A stretch of 64,000 nt of DNA, taken from Longimicrobiales bacterium (GTDB taxonomy: Bacteria > Gemmatimonadota > Gemmatimonadetes > Longimicrobiales > Gaopeijiaceae). A program made the translations under genes and the position numbers. Below the pieces are notes generated by a model. That model worked only from the letters and a program-made list of their open reading frames with translations, was not told where the DNA came from and ran no database searches. The DNA lies in contig OZ242008.1 in the NCBI GenBank assembly GCA_965204735.1, positions 512,001-576,000 of the forward strand. Direction: 5' to 3'. Below are positions 56,999 through 64,000 of this stretch, piece by piece; the first letter of the stretch is position 1, and every line of letters starts with the position of its first letter.

Positions 56999-57522
56999 AC
57001 GGCCACCGGCCCATCGTGGCCGTCTACCCGGGCTCCTTCGACCCGATCACCACCGGCCACGAGGACGTGGCGCGCCGCACGCTCCGCTTCTGCGACCGAC
57101 TTCTGATCGCCGTCGCCGAGTCCCCCACTCACCTAAAGCGTCCCTTCTTCTCGGTGGCCGAGCGGCTGGAGATGACGGAACAGGTCTTCGCCGGCGAGCC
57201 CCGCGTGGAGTGCGTCTCGTTCTCCGGCCTCCTCGTGTCGTTCGCGAAGGGCGTGGGGGCTCGCTTCATCATCCGGGGGCTCCGGGCCGTCTCCGACTTC
57301 GAGTACGAGTTCCAGATGGCCCAGATGAACCAGGAGCTCTGGCAGGACGTGGAGACGATCTTCCTCACCCCCGACGTGGAGCACGCCTTCATCTCCGCCA
57401 CTCTGGTGCGGCAGGTCGCCTCCCTGGGGGGCGACGTGAGCCGCTTCGTCTCCCCTCCGGTACTGGAGCGGCTGAGGGCGCGCTTCGCCTCTTGCGACGG
57501 CGGGCGCCCCCGGCGCGGGTGA
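56995..57522 (+). CDS. coaD: Phosphopantetheine adenylyltransferase
   Basis: YPGSFDPITTGH, IRGLRAVSDFEYE, ISATLVRQ. Confidence 0.96.
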   Translation: MNGHRPIVAVYPGSFDPITTGHEDVARRTLRFCDRLLIAVAESPTHLKRPFFSVAERLEMTEQVFAGEPRVECVSFSGLLVSFAKGVGARFIIRGLRAVSDFEYEFQMAQMNQELWQDVETIFLTPDVEHAFISATLVRQVASLGGDVSRFVSPPVLERLRARFASCDGGRPRRG

Positions 57523-58358
57523 CCTTCACCGAGCGCCTGGCCGAGCGGGCTCGCCGGCTGGGAGGCCGCACCGTGGCGCTGCCGGAAGCCCAGGACCCCC
57601 GGGTCCGCGAGGCCGCCGCCCTGCTGTCCCGCCGAGCCATTGCCGCGCCCGTTCTGGGAGACTCCCTCGACGACGCCGTGGCGATGCTTCGGGACGGGCA
57701 AGTGGACGCCGTCGTGGCGGGGGCCGTCCACACCACCGCCGAGGTCGCGCGGGCGGGGCTGAAGGTGGTCGGGCTGAGGGCTGGCGCGCGCACGTTGTCG
57801 TCGTCGTTCTTCATGGAAGTGCGGGAGTTCCGGAACGGACGACCCGAGGCGCTGACCTTCGCGGACCCGGCCGTGGTGCCGTCGCCGGGGCCGGCTCGAT
57901 TGGCGGAGATCGCGGAAGAATCGGTCCGCACCCGCCGGCTGGTGGTGGGCGACGAGCCCCGAGTCGCGTTTCTGTCCTACTCGACGCTGGGCAGCGCCGC
58001 CGGCCCCTCGGTGGAGAAGGTGCGCGAAGGCCTGCGTCTCTTCCGGCAGGCTTGCCCGGAAGTGGCCGTCGACGGGGAGCTTCAAGCCGACGCCGCCCTA
58101 ATCCCGGAGGTCGGACATGCGAAGGCGCCGGGCTCGCCGGTGGCCGGTCGCGCCAACGTGCTGGTCTTCCCCGACCTGGACGCCGCCAACATCGCCTACA
58201 AGCTGGTGGAGCGGCTGGCGGGCGCCAGGGCGCTGGGTCCCGTCCTCCAGGGGCTGTCGGCCCCTCTCCTGGACGTTTCCCGAGGAGCGTCGGCGGAGGA
58301 CATAGCCCATGTCGCAGCGATCGCGGCGCTCCTCTCCCGCGCTCCGACGACCGGCTAG
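57519..58358 (+). CDS. pta: Phosphate acetyltransferase (short PTA_PTB form)
   Basis: LPEAQDPRV, FADPAV, VAFLSYST, DGELQADAA, FPDLDAANIAYK, GPVLQG, DVSRG. Confidence 0.88.
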   Translation: MTFTERLAERARRLGGRTVALPEAQDPRVREAAALLSRRAIAAPVLGDSLDDAVAMLRDGQVDAVVAGAVHTTAEVARAGLKVVGLRAGARTLSSSFFMEVREFRNGRPEALTFADPAVVPSPGPARLAEIAEESVRTRRLVVGDEPRVAFLSYSTLGSAAGPSVEKVREGLRLFRQACPEVAVDGELQADAALIPEVGHAKAPGSPVAGRANVLVFPDLDAANIAYKLVERLAGARALGPVLQGLSAPLLDVSRGASAEDIAHVAAIAALLSRAPTTG

Positions 58359-58453
58359 GCCAAGCGCGGGCGGGAGTTGATCGGCGCCCGCCGGCGGAGG
58401 TAACTTCGTTCGCTCCAACCGGAGCCACCCCGCAACTCTCTCACGGCAGGAAG

Positions 58454-58786
58454 ATGTCCTTCAGCGTGCGCAGCGTCGGCGACGCAACGGTCGTCCAAGT
58501 CGACGGGCAGCTCATCGTCGGGAACCGCCAGGACTTGAAGGACAAGGTCTTGGCCCGGCTGGAGGAGGGCGCCCGGAACTTCGTGATCGACTTCGCCCGA
58601 ACCGGCTACATCGACTCGTCGGGCCTGGGGGTTCTCGTCAGCGTGTCGAAGAAGATTCGCGAGGCGGGCGGCGAGCTGCGGCTGGCCTGCCTCAGCGACG
58701 ACCTTCAGACCCTCTTCGAGCTCACCAAGCTCGACACCCTCTTCCAGATTTGCGACGACCTGGAGGAGGCTCTCGCGGGCTTCTGA
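58454..58786 (+). CDS. STAS anti-sigma-factor antagonist (RsbV-like)
   Basis: YIDSSGLGVL, LFELTKLD. Confidence 0.93.
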   Translation: MSFSVRSVGDATVVQVDGQLIVGNRQDLKDKVLARLEEGARNFVIDFARTGYIDSSGLGVLVSVSKKIREAGGELRLACLSDDLQTLFELTKLDTLFQICDDLEEALAGF

Positions 58787-58805
58787 AGCCCGGGGCCGCG
58801 TCGCC

Positions 58806-59264
58806 TTGTCCCCCGCCCAGGGCGCTTCGTCGGCATCCACTTTCCACGAGCCGCCCGCGGCGGCCCTCGAGTTCGTCAACGAGATCGGCGCGATCGAAGA
58901 CGCCGTGGAGCAGATCGTCCGCAGGTGCGCTCCCGTCTGCTCCGACCGCCGCAGGCTCTACTTCAACTTCCGCGTGGGGCTGACGGAGGCGATCGCCAAC
59001 GCGATCCTCTACGGCAACGGGCAGGATCCCGCCAAGAAGGTGCGCGTGGAGCTGCGCTTCGACGACGCGGGCATCCGCGTTCAGGTGACCGACGAGGGCA
59101 GGGGCTTCAACCCCGCCGCAGTCCCCGACCCGACCTTGCCCGAGAACGTCGCCAAGCCCCAGGGCAGGGGCATCTTCCTCATGCGCGCGCTGATGGACGA
59201 AGTGCGCTTCAACAAGTCGGGCAACTCGGTGACGCTCCTCCTGCGACTGGCCGAAGAGGCCTAA
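58806..59264 (+). CDS. Anti-sigma factor Ser/Thr kinase (RsbW-like HATPase)
   Basis: EAIANAILYGN, VTDEGRGF, GRGIFLMRALMD. Confidence 0.92.
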   Translation: MSPAQGASSASTFHEPPAAALEFVNEIGAIEDAVEQIVRRCAPVCSDRRRLYFNFRVGLTEAIANAILYGNGQDPAKKVRVELRFDDAGIRVQVTDEGRGFNPAAVPDPTLPENVAKPQGRGIFLMRALMDEVRFNKSGNSVTLLLRLAEEA

Positions 59265-59288
59265 GAGGAAGGCGGCTCGCTCCGTCCC

Positions 59289-60863
59289 ATGTCCGTGGAC
59301 AGCGACGCCCGCGCCCTGCCCGCGCTTCCCGAGGCGGTGGCGGCGGTCCTGGAGGATTTTCGCAGCTGCCTGGAGACGCAGGTCCGGGCTTGGCGCCTGG
59401 TGGGCGGCGAACGGGCGCCGGTGTTTCCGCCGGCCAGCACGGAGCCGCCGTCGCCCCGCGGAGGGCGATTCTCCGTGGACGCCCTCGACGGACCGCCCCT
59501 GGAGGTGGAGATCGAGGGACACGACCCCGACGGCCCGATGGCCCGGCTGGCGGCGGCGATGCTCGGCCGCGCCTTCGAGATGTCCGGCCAGGTCGCGTCG
59601 TGCAGCGCCGCGCTCTCGGAGCGCCACGCCGAGATCGACCTGCTCTACCGGATCAGCGAGACCCTGGGGTCGATCCTCCACCTGGAAGAGGCCGCCCGCC
59701 TGATCCTGGAAGAGGTCTCGCGGGTGCTGGGCGCGAAGCGAGGCTCCCTGTGGGTGCACCGACCCGACGAGGAGCGCCTCCGTCTGGCCGCCGAGTCCGG
59801 GGGCGGGCAGTTCCGGGAGTCGATTCCCCTGGACGACATGTCCTCGGTGACCGTCCGGGCGTTTCGCAAGGGCGGCCCCGTCATGGCCGCGGGCTCCGAC
59901 GTCGCGGGCGCCGACCGGGACGGACGCCCGCCGGGCAAGGAAGACACGTGGCTCTCGGTGCCGGTTCGCTACGCGCCCCAGTCGGGAGAGCACCGTACGG
60001 TGGGCGTGGTCAACCTGATCGGCCGCCGACGCCGGGGCGGCTTCACCGCGGCGGACCAGCGGCTCCTCACCGCCATCGCCAACCAGATCGGCGCCGCGCT
60101 GGAGAACAACCGGCTCATCCGGGAGAGCATGGCGCGGGAACGGGTCTCCCGCGAGATGGAGCTGGCCCACGACCTGCAGATGAAGCTGCTGCCGCCGGTG
60201 CGGCCGGTGCCGGGGGTGGACGCGGCGGCGCGGGTGCAGCCCTCGGTGTCGGTGGGGGGCGATCTCTACCAGGTCCTGCAGATTTCGGGGGGACGGCTGG
60301 GGGTCATGATCGGCGACGTGTCGGGCCACGGCTATCCGGCGGCCCTGATCATGGCGCTGGTGATGAGCGCCGCCGCCATCTCCGCAAAGAGAGAGGCGTC
60401 GCCGTCCGCCGTCCTCGAGGCGGTGGACAAGGCGATCGGCGCCGAGCTGGAGTCGACGGAGATGTACGTCTCCCTCTGCTACTGCGTGCTCGCGCCCCAC
60501 GACGGGGAGATCAGGTACTCGAACGCCGGTCACCCCCACGCCTTCGTCGTCCAGCCGGGCGGGGCGTCGAGCCGCCTCTTCGCCACCGACCCGCCCATGG
60601 GAATCGACGGGCCGCCCTACACCGAGTCGTCCGTGTCGTGGACGCCCGGGCGGGACCTCCTCCTCCTCTTCACCGACGGGCTCTCGGACACCGTGGCGCA
60701 GCGCCACCGCCGAAGCGGGGAGGAGCTGGTGCTGCAGACCGTGGCCGAGCACCACCCCGAGCCCGTGGCGCAGATCCTCGCCCGGCTCTTCGAGGTGGCG
60801 GAGCGGGCGATCCCGTCGATCCCCGCCGACGACCGCACGGCGCTGCTGCTGCGGACGACCTGA
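59289..60863 (+). CDS. GAF + PP2C/SpoIIE phosphatase (RsbU-like)
   Basis: VGGDLY, IGDVSGHG, NAGHP, FTDGL, DDRT. Confidence 0.93.
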   Translation: MSVDSDARALPALPEAVAAVLEDFRSCLETQVRAWRLVGGERAPVFPPASTEPPSPRGGRFSVDALDGPPLEVEIEGHDPDGPMARLAAAMLGRAFEMSGQVASCSAALSERHAEIDLLYRISETLGSILHLEEAARLILEEVSRVLGAKRGSLWVHRPDEERLRLAAESGGGQFRESIPLDDMSSVTVRAFRKGGPVMAAGSDVAGADRDGRPPGKEDTWLSVPVRYAPQSGEHRTVGVVNLIGRRRRGGFTAADQRLLTAIANQIGAALENNRLIRESMARERVSREMELAHDLQMKLLPPVRPVPGVDAAARVQPSVSVGGDLYQVLQISGGRLGVMIGDVSGHGYPAALIMALVMSAAAISAKREASPSAVLEAVDKAIGAELESTEMYVSLCYCVLAPHDGEIRYSNAGHPHAFVVQPGGASSRLFATDPPMGIDGPPYTESSVSWTPGRDLLLLFTDGLSDTVAQRHRRSGEELVLQTVAEHHPEPVAQILARLFEVAERAIPSIPADDRTALLLRTT

Positions 60864-60979
60864 TGCCCGCGGGGGACGGGCCGACGCCCTCCGTCGCGCC
60901 TCCGTCGCGGAGCCGTTGATGCACGCGCGCATCGGGCCGCCGTCGGCATGACGCCGGCGCGTGATCGGGTGCAACGTTG

Positions 60980-61840
60980 ATGCCCGTGCGCCACGGGCCG
61001 CCGCCCGGCTCCGCCAGCGTCCGGCCCAAGCGCTCCTTGGGTCAAAACTTCCTCGTCGACCCGAACCTCCAGCGAAGGATCGCCGAAGCTGCGCAAGGAG
61101 AAGCGGGCGATCCGATGCTGGAGATCGGGCCGGGACGCGGCGCGCTGACGGGCCACTTGGCGCGGCGGGGCGTGAAGCTCTGGGCCGTGGAGCTCGACGA
61201 CCGGCTTGCCGCCTCGCTGACCGCCCGGCATGCGGCGGACCCCCTCGTGACCGTCGTTCACGGCGACGTGCTCCGACTGGACCTGCCGGCTCTCACGGGC
61301 GAGTGGGCCGCCACCAGGGTGGTGGGGAACATCCCCTACAACATCACCACGCCGATCGTCTTTCGGCTGCTCTCGCCGCCCTGCCCGCTGGAGATCGTGA
61401 TGACCGTGCAGGCCGAGGTGGCGGCTCGGATGCTGGCGGGCCCAGGTTCTCGAACCTACGGCGCCTTGTCGGTGGGCGTGAGCCTCCACGCCAAGGCGGA
61501 GCGGCTCTTCAAGGCGCCGCGCCGTGCCTTCAGGCCGGTTCCCAAGGTGGACTCGACCGTGGTGCGGCTCACGCCCCACGCGCCGCCGCGCCTCTCTTCC
61601 CAGGAAGCGGTCCGGGTGCGCCGGCTGGTGCGGGCAGCGTTCTCGTGGCGTCGCAAGCAGATCGGGACGATCCTGGCGCGCCACCCCGAGGCGCGGGCCC
61701 TCGGCGGCTCGGGAGCCGCGGCGCTGGCCGTCCTGGAATCCCGAGGAGCGTCGGCGACTGCGCGGCCCGAGGAGCTGGCGCCGGAGGACTTCACGGCTCT
61801 GGCGGAGGCGCTTCGGTCGCCGGACGCCTCGAGCGCCTGA
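60980..61840 (+). CDS. rsmA: 16S rRNA dimethyladenosine transferase
   Basis: KRSLGQNFL, LEIGPGRGALT, VELD, GNIPYNITTP, FRPVPKVDS. Confidence 0.96.
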   Translation: MPVRHGPPPGSASVRPKRSLGQNFLVDPNLQRRIAEAAQGEAGDPMLEIGPGRGALTGHLARRGVKLWAVELDDRLAASLTARHAADPLVTVVHGDVLRLDLPALTGEWAATRVVGNIPYNITTPIVFRLLSPPCPLEIVMTVQAEVAARMLAGPGSRTYGALSVGVSLHAKAERLFKAPRRAFRPVPKVDSTVVRLTPHAPPRLSSQEAVRVRRLVRAAFSWRRKQIGTILARHPEARALGGSGAAALAVLESRGASATARPEELAPEDFTALAEALRSPDASSA

Positions 61841-62942
61841 CCGCCCGGTGCCACGCCATGGCCATGCCGGTCCACACCAGGCACACGGCGCCAAGGGACG
61901 CGATCGCCGCGAGCGCCTGGCCCGCCACACCCCAGTACTCGCCCGTGTGGGCGTGACGGAAGAACAGCTGCCCCCTTCGACCGGGGCCGACGTCGCTGAA
62001 CGCCTCCCATCGGACGACGACCCCGGTTCGCGCGTCCACGGTCATGGCGGCGGCGCGCTGGGGCTGGCCCTCGAGCCCGGTCCGCACCTCCACCGCGACT
62101 TCCGTGGACCCTTCCCGAGGCACGTGCACGACGATGCTCCGCCACTCGGGCGCGGCCCGCTCCGCCGCCGCCAGCGCGGCGTCGAGTCCGGCGCGGCCGT
62201 CGCCGGCGTCCCTCGCCCCGACCGCGGCCGACGCGACGATGCTGCCCAGCGGCAGCGCGGCGCCCACGACCGGAGCGGCCCGGTCGCCGAGGCGCGGGTA
62301 CGACAAGACGACGGCGGACGCGGCGACCACCAGCAACGGTCCCGCAAGCCAGAACCCGGCGACCTTGTGCCAGCTGAGTGCCCGCGCTTGCCCCCGGGCG
62401 CCTCGCAACGGCTTGGCCGACGCGACGAACGTCCTGCGGTTGAAGGGCCGGGGCAGCCAGAGCAGCGGCCCCGTCGCCAGCAGAAAGAGGAGCGCGACGT
62501 TGGCCGCGCCCGTGACCGCACGTCCTTGGCGCACCAGGCCGCCGGGCGCCGCGAGCCAGCGATGCCAGGCGCGAACGCCCTCGAAGAACTCTGCGACCGC
62601 GAGCGAGCCCCGGCCCAGCGCGGCTCCCACGTAAGGGTCCATAAAGAGCTGCTCTCCCCGGGCGGAGCCCAGCCGGACCGGCGCGCGTCGGTCCGCTTCG
62701 TAGCGGATCGAGACGGCTTCGAAGGGGCCGTCCAGGGTGCCGGCCCGGCGCGCCGCCTGAAGCAGCTCGGCAACGGGCATCCTCTCGGCATCCTGCGCCG
62801 GCGCCGCGAGCCGCGGCTGGAAGAGCTTCACCGCGGCGTTCTCCAAGGAGAGCACGATCCCCGTGGCCGCCATGACGAGGATCGGAGCCGCGGCGACGAC
62901 CGCGGCCGCCAAGTGGAGACGGAGAACGACCGCGCGAATCAC
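61791..62942 (-). CDS. PepSY-associated TM-helix protein
   Basis: RLHL...MAATG, DPYVG, WHRWL, TGPLLW, WHKVAG, HAHTG; start uncertain. Confidence 0.82.
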   Translation of the reverse strand: MIRAVVLRLHLAAAVVAAAPILVMAATGIVLSLENAAVKLFQPRLAAPAQDAERMPVAELLQAARRAGTLDGPFEAVSIRYEADRRAPVRLGSARGEQLFMDPYVGAALGRGSLAVAEFFEGVRAWHRWLAAPGGLVRQGRAVTGAANVALLFLLATGPLLWLPRPFNRRTFVASAKPLRGARGQARALSWHKVAGFWLAGPLLVVAASAVVLSYPRLGDRAAPVVGAALPLGSIVASAAVGARDAGDGRAGLDAALAAAERAAPEWRSIVVHVPREGSTEVAVEVRTGLEGQPQRAAAMTVDARTGVVVRWEAFSDVGPGRRGQLFFRHAHTGEYWGVAGQALAAIASLGAVCLVWTGMAMAWHRAVRRSRRPATEAPPPEP

Positions 62943-62972
62943 GCTGGGGCCAGACCGGCGCCGCAGGCGGGT

Positions 62973-63158
62973 GCCGGCGGCGGGTTGCCGACGAGAGCCT
63001 GCTGTGGCCTCAGCGGCCAAGCGACGACGCGAACGACTTTCCCGCCGGCGGCGGGTTGCCGACGAGAGGGTGCTCTGGCCTCGGCGCGGCCAAAGCGACG
63101 ACGCGAACGACTTTCCCGCCAGCGGCGGATTGCCGACGAGAGCCTGCCGTGGCCTCGG
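62973..63158. repeat. Intergenic ~71-74-bp direct tandem repeat, ~2.5 copies
   Basis: GCCGGCGGCGGGTTGCCGACGAGAG...AAGCGACGACGCGAACGACTTTCCC units start at 62973, 63044, 63118. Confidence 0.85.
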
Positions 63159-63177
63159 GCCGCTCGCCGTCGCGAAG

Positions 63178-63735
63178 CTACTTGATCGTGACGTAGCGCT
63201 CGAGACGGGCCACTTCGTCTTCGTCGACGTACTTGCCGATCTCCCGCCGGAACTGATCCATGTCCACGTAGGGTCGGTACTCTTCGAACTCGTGAGCCAT
63301 CCGGTCGCCCAGCCCTGGAATCAGCAGGATCTCGTCTCGATCCGCCGAGTTCAGGTCCATGGGGACCCAGACCTTCTCGTACGCTTGGCGTGCCGCCTCT
63401 TCTCCCACGGCGGCGGTCAAGGCGGCGTGGAGTTCCGAAGGACGCGCGAAGGGCCGTGCCCCGACGATCGCATCCGCCGCTCCGGGGATCGCTTCCAGAG
63501 CTGCCGACAGTTCGTCCGCCGCGGCGTCGTTGGCGTTGGCCAGGACCAGGGCGCCGGCGTCCATGGCGGTGGCGGCGTCGGCATGAGCACCCTCGTCGGT
63601 GGTTGCCGCCTCCATGTCGGAGGCGTCGGACCCTGCGTCTCCGCACGAGGTCAGCACGGATGCAGCAAGGAGAGAAGGGAACGCGACGAGCGCGGCGCGG
63701 ACGTGGAGTTGCTTCATCGTCTTGTGGTTCTCCAT
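63178..63735 (-). CDS. Lipoprotein with helix-hairpin-helix motifs
   Basis: Lipobox-like VLTSC; MDLNSADRDEILLIPGLG, FRREIGKYVD. Confidence 0.8.
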   Translation of the reverse strand: MENHKTMKQLHVRAALVAFPSLLAASVLTSCGDAGSDASDMEAATTDEGAHADAATAMDAGALVLANANDAAADELSAALEAIPGAADAIVGARPFARPSELHAALTAAVGEEAARQAYEKVWVPMDLNSADRDEILLIPGLGDRMAHEFEEYRPYVDMDQFRREIGKYVDEDEVARLERYVTIK

Positions 63736-63806
63736 GAACTGGCTCAGCCCGAGAGCCGTTCGGCCCGCGAGCAGGAAGCCCTCAATCTAGATTCACGTCC
63801 GGCGAC

Positions 63807-63914
63807 AAGGAAGGCTGGCCAACGAAGGACAAGCTGGCCAACAAAGGAGAAGGAAGGCTGGCCAACGAAGGAGACCGACCGGCCCAACAAAGGAGACCGA
63901 CCGGGTGTCTCCTT
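63807..63914. repeat. Cluster of short direct repeats ending in a hairpin
   Basis: CCAAC(G/A)AAGGA at 63819, 63838, 63862, 63884; AAGGAGAC...GTCTCCTT stem at 63890-63914. Confidence 0.7.
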
Positions 63915-64000
63915 CAAGGTTCATGCACCCTTCGGCCTCGCGGGGGACGGCACGCCGAAGAGGGAGAGCTCGCCAAGGGAGCCGCCGACCGCCGACGAGG

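Noticed and set aside
62973..63158. Possible CRISPR array
   Set aside because: Whole units repeat with no unique spacers, only ~2.5 copies, and no cas genes in the window.

Overview
High-GC bacterial chromosome window. The housekeeping gene set and synteny suggest Gemmatimonadota, but this is inference only. (1) 1-~21,800 is a mosaic defence/accessory island that is open at the left edge. It has an ISNCY/IS1202-like right end and a decayed IS5. A minus-strand array follows: SNF2 helicase -> [SDH protease, MNT and Fic cassettes] -> 1716-aa N6-adenine methyltransferase -> HerA ATPase -> Zn-ribbon NurA nuclease -> second SPPY methyltransferase. A divergent ABC-ATPase/DUF3226-like pair and an ATPase pseudogene close the island. 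The SNF2+MTase pair resembles the DISARM class I DrmD/DrmMI front end, but here it is followed by HerA-NurA-MTase rather than DrmABC; this is the best candidate for an undescribed system. Two duplicated gene ends (89-bp direct, 39-bp inverted) record cassette shuffling inside the array. (2) ~21,800-64,000 is mostly core genes: threonine dehydratase, DEAD helicase, LMW-PTP, aminotransferase, outer-membrane proteins, permease, amidase, and yqeY-mutS2-dnaG-Zn ribbon-recJ-rsmD-coaD-pta-STAS-anti-sigma-PP2C-rsmA. Two small islets interrupt it: a three-gene HEPN islet (25.0-26.7 kb) and a decayed CxxC protein + 6-Cys peptide + two beta-propeller cluster (42.3-45.3 kb). No rRNA, tRNA or CRISPR array was seen. 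All family calls come from motifs read by eye; no searches were run and GC comparisons are visual estimates.
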